From positions 172,857-236,856 of the forward strand of contig CAWFWY010000018.1 in NCBI GenBank assembly GCA_963819625.1: 64,000 bases of DNA, read 5' to 3'. A program made the translations under genes and the position numbers. Positions 40,901 to 50,266 of this stretch are shown piece by piece (the stretch's first letter is position 1; each line of letters starts with the position of its first letter). Under the pieces are notes generated by a model that worked only from the letters and a program-made list of their open reading frames with translations, made no database searches and was not told the origin of the DNA. The stretch is from an uncultured Acidobacteriota bacterium (GTDB lineage Bacteria; Acidobacteriota; Terriglobia; Acidiferrales; UBA7541).

Positions 40901-42131
40901 GCCGGCTCAGATGGTCGACGCAACACTGGCTTGCAGTTTACTCGCGGGAGTTTCGAAGCCTAAGGTTTTTCTGGGGCGTTGATTCAAGCGCAGCGCGACC
41001 TGGTCGAGTTGCGCTTGGGAATGGACAGACAGGTCGGTTCCTCGCGGGAAGTATTGCCGCAACAGGAGATTCGTGTTTTCGTTAGTGCCGCGTTGCCAGG
41101 GACTTTGCGGATCACAGAAGTACACCTGCACATCCGTCGCTACCGTGAAGTCTTTGTGCTTGGCCATCTCTAGTCCTCGATCCCAGGTCAGCGAGCGTTT
41201 CAGGGTAGCGGGGAGTTTGCGAACATGTTGACTTAATGCGGCAACAACTACTTCCGTGTTTTTGCTGGGCACCTTGATCAGCATGGCAAAGCGCGAATGG
41301 CGCTCCACCAGAGTCGCAATATAGGTGTTCTTGGCACCGGCCAGCAGATCCCCTTCCCAGTGGCCGGGAACCGCTCGGTCTTCTACCTCCGCAGGTCTTT
41401 CGCGGATGGAAACGGCATCGACGATCTGTCCTCGTGACTGTCCGCTAGCACTGGCATGGCGCGAACGGCGCATGCGCCGCTTCGACCGCAGCTGGTCCAG
41501 CAGCTCTTTTTTCAGCACTCCGCGGGCCTGAATGAACAGGGTGCGGTAAATGGTTTCGTGGGACACGCGCAGGCTCTCGTCATCGGGATACTGGATTTTC
41601 AACCATCCGGAAATCTGTTCCGGCGACCAGTCCAGGATCAGTTTACTCGCAACGATGTCCCGCAACTTGCGGTTGAGGGCCAGCAGACACCTCTTCGGTC
41701 GCAAGGCCGAGCCCCAGGCATGGTCATCCGCATCATGGGCGCGATAGGCCGGACGGCCACCATGGCGAGAAATCTCCCGGCTCACCGTGGAGACCGCTCG
41801 ATCCAGTCGTCGGGCAATCTCACGAAGCGGCGAATCGGAAGCGATTCCTCGTGAGATGTCCTCTCGCTCCGCTAGCGTGAGCGCCAGCCGCGAACGGCAA
41901 CGAGCGGCGGGAGGAATGCCGCCGCGAGGCAACAACACCGAGCGAATGCAGCTATGTGGCTTGTCAAAGGCGCGCCCAATCTCATGCAGCGACTGTCCCG
42001 CCTTCCACCGACTCCAAACGTCACGCTTCTCGATCGCAGAAAGCCCAAACCGTTTCCCTGGCCTCATTCAACACCACCTTTAGAGAGCAGATTTATATCA
42101 GATGGTGTTGCATCGACCTGTCGAATGCACC
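40901..42131 (-). mobile_element. IS30 family insertion sequence (ends approximate)
   Basis: Inverted-repeat cores GGTCGACGCAACAC (40913-40926) and GTGTTGCATCGACC (42105-42118) flank an intact transposase. Confidence 0.88.
40907..42067 (-). CDS. IS30 family transposase
   Basis: WSPEQISG, VSHETIY, GHWEGDL, TWDRGLEM, PWQRGTNENTN and LNQRPRKTLG motifs. Confidence 0.97.
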   Translation of the reverse strand: MRPGKRFGLSAIEKRDVWSRWKAGQSLHEIGRAFDKPHSCIRSVLLPRGGIPPAARCRSRLALTLAEREDISRGIASDSPLREIARRLDRAVSTVSREISRHGGRPAYRAHDADDHAWGSALRPKRCLLALNRKLRDIVASKLILDWSPEQISGWLKIQYPDDESLRVSHETIYRTLFIQARGVLKKELLDQLRSKRRMRRSRHASASGQSRGQIVDAVSIRERPAEVEDRAVPGHWEGDLLAGAKNTYIATLVERHSRFAMLIKVPSKNTEVVVAALSQHVRKLPATLKRSLTWDRGLEMAKHKDFTVATDVQVYFCDPQSPWQRGTNENTNLLLRQYFPRGTDLSVHSQAQLDQVALRLNQRPRKTLGFETPASKLQASVASTI

Positions 42132-42384
42132 GCATCAATCAGGCAGTGAGTTCTGAATGCAACGGCATCGCGTCTCGTCGGCACCGTTTCAGTTCCGCGA
42201 GAACGTCCACTTTCTCACGAGTGAACAAGCATCCCCATGAACAGAATACCGCCAAGCGAATGAACGTTGGCCACCAAGGGCTAAACTGCCTCAATTCATC
42301 GACGTATCCCGTTCTGGAACCTGTGCAATTCCGGGCATCTTCTGTTCCACAATGCCCCTAGCATCAAGATGGGGACATCCACCT

Positions 42385-43704
42385 ATGTCTAAAGTACGCA
42401 CGCTGCTTCTGATCGACGATAACCTCGCTCACGCGCATGCCTTTCAGGACGCGCTACTTACAGCTACGGGTGGTCCTTTTTACGGTGAATGGGTAAAGAC
42501 TGTTGCTGGAAGCGTCGAAACACTCGCAAATAAAGAAATCTGGGCAATCTTTCTCAACCTCTGCCTGCCCGGCGACCAAGGTCTTCCCCACTACGATGAG
42601 CTTCGTAAGGCCGCACCTGGCATACCGACCTTAGTACTAGCTGGCATTGGTGACGAAGCCATGGTTACGGAAGCCCTGCGACGTGGCGCGAAGGATTTCC
42701 TGTTGGGGACGCATATTGACAGCTACTCTTTCGCCCGGGCCATACGCCATATGGCCGAGCGCGAAGCGGCGGAAGAAGACCTGTTCACCGAAAAGCAGCG
42801 CGCTCGGGTCACTCTCGACTCCATCGGTGACGCTGTCCTCAGTACCGACATGCGCGGTAATGTTACCTATCTGAATCGTGTAGCGGAAAAAATGACCGGT
42901 TGGTCCATGGAGGAATCCTTCGGCCGGCCGCTAGCGCAGGTATTTAAGATCGTTGATGGGGTCACTCGGGAACCATCACCGGATCCCCTGGGTTTGGCAA
43001 TAGTGAAAAACAAAACTGTGGGACTCACCCCCAATTGCATTCTCATTCGACGTGACGGGCGGGAAGCGGCCATAGAAGATTCCGCCGCTCCGATCCACGA
43101 CCGTTCCGGTTCGGTCACCGGAGCTGTGATCGTTTTTCGCGACGTGACCACTTCCAGGGCAATGGCAGGTGAGATGAGGCATTTAGCCCAGCACGATAAC
43201 CTTACCGATCTACCTAACCGTACGTTGTTGAAGGATCGACTTGCACAGGCAATCGCGACTGCCCACCGCAATAGCACCCATGTTGCGGTGATGTTTCTGG
43301 ATTTGGATCACTTCAAGCACATAAATGATTCCTTGGGTCACACCATTGGAGACAAACTGCTTCAATCCGTCGCGGCGCGCCTGCTGAGTTCCGTGCGCAG
43401 CTCTGATACGGTAAGCCGCCAAGGCGGAGACGAATTCGTCTTGCTGCTTTCCGAAATCAAACGGTCCGCAGATGCGGCATTCGCGGCTGGCAAGATTCTT
43501 ACTGCGCTCACCGCACCGCATCAGTTGGATCAACATGATGTAAGTGTCACAGCAAGTATCGGCGTAAGTACTTATCCGGAACAGGGCGAGGACGCAGACG
43601 CCTTGATGAAGAAGGCCGATACCGCGATGTATAAAGCGAAGCGAAACGGCCGCAACAACTATCAGGTCTTTTCGAAAGACGTGGTTGTCCCGCCCGTCAA
43701 CTGA
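42385..43704 (+). CDS. Diguanylate cyclase, REC(atypical)-PAS-GGDEF
   Basis: TLDSIGDAVLSTD..YLNRVAEKMTGW (PAS), HDNLTDLPNR, FKHINDSLGH and RSSD..GGDEF. Confidence 0.93.
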   Translation: MSKVRTLLLIDDNLAHAHAFQDALLTATGGPFYGEWVKTVAGSVETLANKEIWAIFLNLCLPGDQGLPHYDELRKAAPGIPTLVLAGIGDEAMVTEALRRGAKDFLLGTHIDSYSFARAIRHMAEREAAEEDLFTEKQRARVTLDSIGDAVLSTDMRGNVTYLNRVAEKMTGWSMEESFGRPLAQVFKIVDGVTREPSPDPLGLAIVKNKTVGLTPNCILIRRDGREAAIEDSAAPIHDRSGSVTGAVIVFRDVTTSRAMAGEMRHLAQHDNLTDLPNRTLLKDRLAQAIATAHRNSTHVAVMFLDLDHFKHINDSLGHTIGDKLLQSVAARLLSSVRSSDTVSRQGGDEFVLLLSEIKRSADAAFAAGKILTALTAPHQLDQHDVSVTASIGVSTYPEQGEDADALMKKADTAMYKAKRNGRNNYQVFSKDVVVPPVN

Positions 43705-43819
43705 CCAGGCCGAATCTATAGCGGCGCGCCACTGTGGAGAGTTCTTTGCGCGCGGCCGTGATCAGCTTTGGGCGAAACGGCAAGTAATGTTTACGCCAAG
43801 GTTTCGGCGGCGTCCCAAT
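43702..43819 (-). pseudogene. Diverged internal fragment of a HAD hydrolase, homologous to 40499-40617
   Basis: WRKHYLPFRPKLITAARKELSTVARRYRFGLVS versus WRKHYSAFRPKLITGARKVLSTVVRRYRLGLVT. Confidence 0.85.
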
Positions 43820-43943
43820 AGCGTTTGTCAGAACCCACGCGATTACGTCTGGTTTGCCGCCCCGCACGAGATAACGTGGCCCAGCATAGTGAGCGCAATG
43901 GCCATTTGTCGCCAAGCGTCGCCCGCCCAGCTAGAATATCCCC

Positions 43944-44219
43944 GTGACTAGAGAACGCTGGGCCCAGATAGGAATCACGACTCAATTCCTCATCGTGGCA
44001 AGGGCACTAGGTGAGTTCTTCCGGCTCAGGCACGTCCTTGGCACGAGCTTCTCGGTCGCAGTCGCTGCGTCGTATGTTGGTGGCGCCTTAGTAGCTGCTT
44101 GCTTCTGCTGGGCAGGGGTGACTTTGTACTTCTTCCGACGCTACACGCTGTCCGTGTGGATCTCGCTGGCGACCGTAGTCATTCTGCTCGTGTACAAAAT
44201 TGCAGTAATTGGTTGGTGA
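43944..44219 (+). CDS. Small membrane protein
   Basis: 91 aa with about three hydrophobic segments. Confidence 0.6.
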   Translation: MTRERWAQIGITTQFLIVARALGEFFRLRHVLGTSFSVAVAASYVGGALVAACFCWAGVTLYFFRRYTLSVWISLATVVILLVYKIAVIGW

Positions 44220-44487
44220 TGGCGACTCGCTCTGACGCTTGAGTTGAACGGCAGGCGTTCTTCCTGGCGCTTCGGCGAGCCTCATGAGTCTGCGAATTTC
44301 TCGTATGGCGCGACGCTTCTGCTCAAGTTCGGCAGCGGCCGCAAGCGCTTTCTCTGCATCGTCCAGTTGTTTTGCCGCGACCGCGCCGCCTTAGGTCAAA
44401 GTAGGCATTGAAGAAGCAATCGCAAAAGTTAGGGTTTAGTCAGTCGCATCGCAGGTCCTTTTGCACAGAAGAGTTTTTCGATTCTCC

Positions 44488-44516
44488 TTGACACTCACAC
44501 GCTTGGGGAACAGGAT
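44488..44516 (+). promoter_or_regulatory. Putative sigma-70 promoter
   Basis: TTGACA-N17-CAGGAT, about 250 nt upstream of the ester cyclase start. Confidence 0.5.
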
Positions 44517-44768
44517 GGTTTAGAGGTTTCGCCGTTTGAGGCGAGACTCCCGCTTCGAAGTCCGAAAGCAGTTTCGTTAAAGGTCCAGTTCTACATCGAG
44601 CGCTAAGAGGGCGAACCAGCTCACTTTTTACTCCCTCGTGTGGGGCCCTACCTCCTGTCCGACGTACAGGTCTGCAAACCCAAGACGCTAGCGGTTACAA
44701 GCCACCTACTTAAGCCTGACTCGCTTCATGCGAGTGGGCATTTTGAATTTTTCAAAAAGGAGAACTAC

Positions 44769-45212
44769 ATGTCTGAATCAAACAAAAATGTCGTCCGTCG
44801 TTTGTTCGAAGAGGTTTGGAACAAGGGCAATCTGCAAGTCACCGATGAGCTCTTTACTCCCAACTACGCTCACCATGACGCTTCCACGCCCGATGTTGGG
44901 CGAGGCCCCGAAAGTGAAAAGAAGCGCGCGACTCTCTACCGCACCGCCTTCCCCGACATTCGATTGACGATCGAGGACCTCATCGCCGAAGGCGAAACAG
45001 TCATGGCTCGTTGGTCTTGCAGAGGTACCCATAAAGGTGATCTTAGCGGAATTGCGCCAACGGGCAAGCAGTTCAACATCACCGGCGTAAGCATCGCCCG
45101 CTTCACTAACGGTAAGATGTCGGAAGGTTGGGTCAACTGGGATGCTTTGGCACTTATGCAGCAGCTCGGCGCCGTTCCTGAGCTCGGCAAAGCCAAAGCT
45201 GCCGTAAGGTAG
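44769..45212 (+). CDS. SnoaL-like ester cyclase
   Basis: NKNVVRRLFEEVWNKG..AFPD..IEDLIAEG..GTHKG..IAPTGK..LMQQLG; AAGGAG RBS. Confidence 0.92.
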   Translation: MSESNKNVVRRLFEEVWNKGNLQVTDELFTPNYAHHDASTPDVGRGPESEKKRATLYRTAFPDIRLTIEDLIAEGETVMARWSCRGTHKGDLSGIAPTGKQFNITGVSIARFTNGKMSEGWVNWDALALMQQLGAVPELGKAKAAVR

Positions 45213-45239
45213 CGAGTTCCAACCTACTCAAAGAAACCG

Positions 45240-45278
45240 GAAGGCCCGACCTTACAAATCGGGTCTTTTCTCTTTCTC
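45240..45278 (+). terminator. Intrinsic terminator
   Basis: GAAGGCCCGA..TCGGGTCTTT stem followed by a T-rich tract. Confidence 0.6.
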
Positions 45279-45504
45279 ATTTAACCGGTGAGATTCCGTG
45301 TCCAGATATTTGGTTCAAGCACCAAATACAATTCCGAACGTATCGTAAGCAACTCGGAAACTACCCCGACCTCTTTGTTGTTTCTGTTCAGAAAGCCAAC
45401 AACGCATTGCACCGAAAGTCCAGTTGCCTGATTAGCGCTTACCGTACGTTTTCGGCAGGTCATGCACCTATTTCAAAACACGCTGGGACTGAGTTATTTA
45501 TTGA

Positions 45505-45912
45505 CTAACGTATGGGGTCAAGGAATGGTGTGTCGGGATCACTGACAGAAAAGATCACCATCCGCAACGACTTGGCGCTGCTGCGGTTGTAACCCGTCAT
45601 TTTCACGTGCGGCGGCATCACCATTGCCTGACCGGCAATGACCGTGACTGGCTTGCGCCCTTCCATTTCTAATGTGAACGTGCCTTCCAGAACATAGACA
45701 GTCACCGGGAAACGGTGCATATGGAACATAGTCTTATCGCCCCGTTGGAAGCTCGCCGTGAGGACGCGCACCTCCTGCCTCTCGCCTTTAGGCATCCCTT
45801 GGACGATCTCGTTCATGAGCAATTGGGGCTTGATGACACCTTGTTCTTGCGCTGTTGCTGGTGAACCGATGAGTAGAACCGCGAACGCAAGACTGAAGCT
45901 CATCCTATTCAT
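45505..45912 (-). CDS. Secreted cupin domain protein
   Basis: Signal peptide; FHMHRFPVTVYVLEG..AGQAMVMPP cupin motifs; AAGGAG RBS before 45912. Confidence 0.85.
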   Translation of the reverse strand: MNRMSFSLAFAVLLIGSPATAQEQGVIKPQLLMNEIVQGMPKGERQEVRVLTASFQRGDKTMFHMHRFPVTVYVLEGTFTLEMEGRKPVTVIAGQAMVMPPHVKMTGYNRSSAKSLRMVIFSVSDPDTPFLDPIR

Positions 45913-46465
45913 CTGTATTCTCCTTACCAGACACGCGTTGGTAAGCGCTAAGGCCACAGCCGCACAGATCGCAACTATCTCACAGGGGAGGCAGCCTGTA
46001 CAAAATGAATTTCTACACGGCAACGGTTGACCACACCAGGTCCTGGTAACTCCCGTTCTAGGAAGTTTCGGCGGCATAACTCCTTCCATGAGAAGGCCGG
46101 TATGAGTCAAGAGTGTTTTTTCTTTCCTTCCTGTGGATTCCTTATGTTCGAGCCCTGTATTGTTGAACTGGCTGGCGCGCTTTACTTTGGATGCAAGCTC
46201 GACAGCAAGCGGGTTCCGGCTCCTAGCCAAGCAGAATTAGCTCCGGTTGAGGCCGCCCTGTCGCCATCCTTCCATCCGCACTCTTGGTTGAGCGATTTTC
46301 GCTCGGTGCATGGTGGGCGTTCCTAGTGCTTAGAGTCGCGTGAGAGACTGGGTGCCCGAAGCACGCAGCGCCTAACCCGCGTCCGCGAGCTTTTATGTGA
46401 GTGGTAAAATGATCGTTTGCATGCGCGTTCGGCTGCCATGGCCATGCCAAGAGGGGCTTGTTCTA

Positions 46466-47563
46466 GTGGAACCGTTTCGGATTCATGTCGCAGACGAGGT
46501 GCTCGACGACCTGCGGGCACGATTGCGCCATACAAGATGGCCCGACCAGGTACCCGGCATCGGCTGGGAACAGGGCACTGAGCTAGACTGGTTGCGGCGC
46601 CTCGTGTCCTACTGGGCCAATGAGTTCGAATGGCGGGCCTGGGAGCGAAAGCTCAACGCGCTCAACCAATTCACTTGGGAGGGCATCCACTTCGTGCACC
46701 AGCGCGCCGCATCCGGCGGTGGTGTACCGCTCATCCTCACGCACGGCTGGCCCAGCAGTTTCCTCGACTACCTGAACATGCTGCCGATGCTCGAGGACTT
46801 CGACGTGGTCGTGCCCTCGCTGCCAGGGTATGGATTCTCGCCGCGCCCGCCCGAGGTCGGCATCAACTACCGGTACGTCTCGCAGCGCTGGCACCGGCTC
46901 ATGACCGAACTTGGGTACTCCCGCTATGGTGCGGCTGGCAATGACTTCGGTTCCGGGGTGTCGACGTTCCTTGCAGCGGACCATCCCGAGTCGGTGATGG
47001 GTATCTACCTCACCACGCTGGAGTCGGACCTAATCCCCAAGGTGGACGACGCGGAGCTCTCTGACATGGAGCGTTCGTACCTCGCAGTGAGCCGAGGCTG
47101 GGACGTGACGGAGCGAGGCTACAGCGCGATCCAGTCCACCAAGCCGCAAACCGTCGGCTATGGACTGAACGACTCCCCGGCGGGACTGGCCGCATACCTG
47201 GGCGAGAAATGGCACTCGTGGAGCGACGTCACGCCGCCCGACGACTTCCTCTGCGCGACGCTCACCCTGTACTGGGTCACGCAGACCATCACCTCATCGA
47301 TGCGCGACTATTGGGACAATCGCTGGCACCCGGTCGAGCCCGACTACGTCAGCACGCCCACGGCTTTCGGTGTATTCGCGCACCAGGAGGTTCCCGAGGG
47401 CGAGCCGCCGCGCTCGTATCTGGAGCGTGTGTACAACATCCAGCGCTGGACAGTCTTTCCCTGCGGCGGGCACTTCGCCCCAGTTGAGGAACCGGCGGCG
47501 ATCGCGGGGGACCTGACCGCTTTCTTCCGTGACCTAATCTCGGGCAATCGAACTGTCGGATGA
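46466..47563 (+). CDS. Epoxide hydrolase (EHN + alpha/beta hydrolase)
   Basis: PFRIHVADEVLDDLRARL..RWP, HGWPSS, PSLPGYGFS, GNDFG and GGHFAPVEEP motifs. Confidence 0.93.
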   Translation: MEPFRIHVADEVLDDLRARLRHTRWPDQVPGIGWEQGTELDWLRRLVSYWANEFEWRAWERKLNALNQFTWEGIHFVHQRAASGGGVPLILTHGWPSSFLDYLNMLPMLEDFDVVVPSLPGYGFSPRPPEVGINYRYVSQRWHRLMTELGYSRYGAAGNDFGSGVSTFLAADHPESVMGIYLTTLESDLIPKVDDAELSDMERSYLAVSRGWDVTERGYSAIQSTKPQTVGYGLNDSPAGLAAYLGEKWHSWSDVTPPDDFLCATLTLYWVTQTITSSMRDYWDNRWHPVEPDYVSTPTAFGVFAHQEVPEGEPPRSYLERVYNIQRWTVFPCGGHFAPVEEPAAIAGDLTAFFRDLISGNRTVG

Positions 47564-47686
47564 GTCGATAGACGCCCTTAGGTTGAGGCATACAAATCGT
47601 CACCTTAAATCCACAGCCGTTGACTTTCCTCCGTTGTCCTCCTAGCATGTGCATCGCTGGTAACGCTGGCTTTCCTTGGACCGTTC

Positions 47687-48461
47687 ATGGCCCCCGTCAG
47701 CCCCCTTGCCGTACCGGATCTCCCGCCGGAAGTGCAAAAAGTTCTTGACGAATTTGTGCTTGCCACTAAACAAGCCTTTTCAGATCAGCTTATTTCGATA
47801 GTACTTTTTGGCAGCGCCCGCCGAAGGCAAGCTTCGACCAGCATCGGACGTCAATCTGCTGATTATTCTTTCGGCTTTCGAACAAGGACGTGCTGACCAC
47901 TTACGAGAACCGCTTCGAATCGCCGAATCTGCTGCCCAGCTTCGACCCATGATCCTGTTGCGCGAGGAAGTCTCCGTCGCCAGCCGTGCCTTTGCTCCAA
48001 AATTTGCTGATATTATTCGTCGTCGCGTAATTCTTTTCGGAGCCGATCCTTTTGCCTCTCTTTCGATTCCCAGGGACACCGAGATCCGCCAGCTAAAGCA
48101 GCAGTCCCTTAATCTGACTCTTCGTCTCCGCGCCGCCTACGTCGGGCGCAGCTTGCGCGAGGAGCAGCTGACTCGTTTTATTGCCACCAAACTGGGCGCA
48201 CTTCGCGCATTGTCGGCCGCTCTTCTGGAGCTCGAAGCCCGTCCGGGAATGTCCACTCAAGCCGCATTTCAATGCCTTGGCGGGGAACTCAAACTATCGC
48301 GATGGCCAGAAGCCCTGGCGCTGCTCACAGCGGTTCACGAAGGCCGTTTGCTCCCGCCGGGCTCAGCCGCTCAGGTTTTGTTTCAGCTTTTGGAATTTCT
48401 TCGCGGAGCGACGTTGCGGGTCGAAGCTTTGTCCTCCGAGGTACGTAGTGAATCCGTTTGA
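47687..48461 (+). CDS. Pol-beta-type nucleotidyltransferase-fold protein, one indel near 47818
   Basis: Joining ORFs 47687 and 47808 gives SIVLFGSA-AEGKLRPASDVNLLII (GS..DxN) followed by a helical C-terminal domain. Confidence 0.8.
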
Positions 48462-49395
48462 TCTCCACGGCCCAGAGTTTATTGTTTTTTATGTTTTTTT
48501 CGCTCTCGCCGTTCTGTCCGTGCTTTATCTTTCTCGCGGACTTGGTGGCAGTCGTGAGATCGCCAAACCCCCGATGGACGACCCTTATTTCGTCGCCTGC
48601 TTGCGGGGCGGTGAAAAAGAATGTGTGCGTGTTGCAATCCTCGCGCTCATCGATCGAGGTCTGCTCGCCGTCAAAAGCTCTGGCACGTCTATTCTTACCG
48701 CCGCCGCTATGGGCGAAAACCGATTGGAAGTCACCGATCCGCGGGCCATCTCAACTGTAAAGCGGCTAATCGAGAAAGAAATCTTGGAGGCCTTTCAGCC
48801 CTCCAGTCCGGTTACTTCCACGCTTGATTCTCTCCAGTACAGCTCCGCGTGTCGGGAGTACGCCAGGCGGCTGGAGCAACTGGGACTGGTCCACAAACAG
48901 AAAGTCCGCGACACGTTTCCGTATCGGATCTGGGTTGTCGTCGCGCTTTTTCTGGGTGTCGCGGTCATCAAAATATTTATCGCGCTGAGCCGCGGACGAA
49001 CCAACGCATTGTTTCTCATCATATTGGCAATACTTGCTTGCTTCGTTGCCACCCGCATCAACTCGCCTTTCCGAACTGCCAGCGGTGAGAAATTTCTGGA
49101 GAGTGTCCGTTCGCTGTTCTCCAATCTCAGGCTGCGTGCCCCCATGCTTCGTCCCGGAGGCGGTTCCTCCGACTTGACTTGGCTCGCAGCCACATTCGGC
49201 CTCAGTGCCGTACCGACTCTGGTTTTTCCGCACGTCCGCATGCTCATCGCACCCGTCGGAAGCCCTTCGGACTCGGGATCTTCTTTCTTCAACAAATCGA
49301 ACAATTCGTCTGGTGCTTTCAGCAGTTGCGGCAGCGGTTGTGGGAGTGGCTGTGGCGGTGGATGCGGTGGTGGCTGTGGAGGTTGCGGGAGCTGA
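48448..49395 (+). CDS. TIGR04222-type membrane protein with a Gly/Cys-rich C-terminal tail
   Basis: GTG start MNPFDLHGPEFIVFY; DPYFVACLRGG..VAILALIDRGLL; TM segments; ends SSCGSGCGSGCGGGCGGGCGGCGS. Confidence 0.85.
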   Translation: MNPFDLHGPEFIVFYVFFALAVLSVLYLSRGLGGSREIAKPPMDDPYFVACLRGGEKECVRVAILALIDRGLLAVKSSGTSILTAAAMGENRLEVTDPRAISTVKRLIEKEILEAFQPSSPVTSTLDSLQYSSACREYARRLEQLGLVHKQKVRDTFPYRIWVVVALFLGVAVIKIFIALSRGRTNALFLIILAILACFVATRINSPFRTASGEKFLESVRSLFSNLRLRAPMLRPGGGSSDLTWLAATFGLSAVPTLVFPHVRMLIAPVGSPSDSGSSFFNKSNNSSGAFSSCGSGCGSGCGGGCGGGCGGCGS

Positions 49396-49399
49396 TGTC

Positions 49400-50266
49400 A
49401 TGAACTCTCAAACAGATAGATTCGGACTGGGCTGGCGTCCCGAACTTGCCGCCGGCATTTTCGATCATCTCGACCAGATCGATCTGGTGGAAGTCATTAG
49501 CGACGATTACTTTGCCGCATCGCCAAGCGACATCCAGGCTCTAAAAACTCTCTCTTCGACCTTGCCGCTCGTGCTACACGGCGTCAGTATGGGTTTGGCT
49601 TCGACAGCGCCAGTGCAACAGCGTTGTCTTGACAGTATGGCCCGCCTCTGCCAGCAAGTGCGCCCCGAATTCTGGTCCGAACATCTCGCCTTCGTCCGAG
49701 CCGGAGGAATCGAAATCGATCACCTCGCGGCGCCCCCGCGTACTCCTCAAAATGTTGAAGCCACCGCCAACAATATTCTTCGCGCTGTCAAAGCAATTGG
49801 TTCAAAACCTCAATTGGAAAATATCGCCACTCTGATCGATCCTCCGGGGAGCCTTCTATCCGAACCGGCCTGGATTAACTCGATTCTCGGCGCTTCCGAC
49901 TGCGATCTGCTGCTTGATCTCCATAACGTCTTGGCCAATGGTCTGAATCTTGGCTACGATCCCTTCAGTTTTCTCGCTCAGATTCCACCTTCTCGGATTC
50001 GTTCTATTCACATTGCCGGCGGAAAATTTGTTTCCGCCCCCGATGGCAGCGCTCGCCTCCTTGACGACCATCTTCATGATGTACCGGACTCGGTCTTCGA
50101 TTTGCTCGAAGAGACCGCCGCCATTTCGCCCAATCCTCTCATCGTAATCCTGGAGCGCGATGGAGACTTTCCTTCCATGTCGGTATTGCTTTCGCAAATG
50201 CGTCAGGCACGTCAGGCTGTTACTCGCGGCCGGGCCGGAAGACTTAAAACCGCGGTGTCCGCATGA
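49400..50266 (+). CDS. DUF692 multinuclear non-heme iron-dependent oxidase (MNIO)
   Basis: GLGWRPE, LHGVSMGL, WSEHLAF, LENI, LLDLHN, HIAGG, DDH and LERD: the ordered His/Glu/Asp set of DUF692 TIM barrels. Confidence 0.93.
   Translation: MNSQTDRFGLGWRPELAAGIFDHLDQIDLVEVISDDYFAASPSDIQALKTLSSTLPLVLHGVSMGLASTAPVQQRCLDSMARLCQQVRPEFWSEHLAFVRAGGIEIDHLAAPPRTPQNVEATANNILRAVKAIGSKPQLENIATLIDPPGSLLSEPAWINSILGASDCDLLLDLHNVLANGLNLGYDPFSFLAQIPPSRIRSIHIAGGKFVSAPDGSARLLDDHLHDVPDSVFDLLEETAAISPNPLIVILERDGDFPSMSVLLSQMRQARQAVTRGRAGRLKTAVSA

Noticed and set aside
44230-44392. Minus-strand coiled-coil-like reading (AKQLDDAEKALAAAAELEQKRRAIREIRR)
   Set aside because: There is no start codon after the upstream in-frame stop, and it overlaps the opposite-strand gene; at most an unidentifiable fragment.
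43900-47600. Integron-like cassette array in the accessory region (GCCTAAC near 46370)
   Set aside because: The genes point in mixed orientations, and no paired attC boxes or integrase were found.
49205-49399. N-terminal extension of the DUF692 ORF in the track
   Set aside because: It is an alternative-frame reading of the upstream gene's Gly/Cys tail; the family N-terminus begins at the ATG at 49400.
49393-49420. Sec readthrough of the TGA ending the Cys-rich tail (next codon is TGT)
   Set aside because: CGS* is a natural end for such tails, the next gene starts 4 nt later, and no convincing SECIS hairpin was seen.
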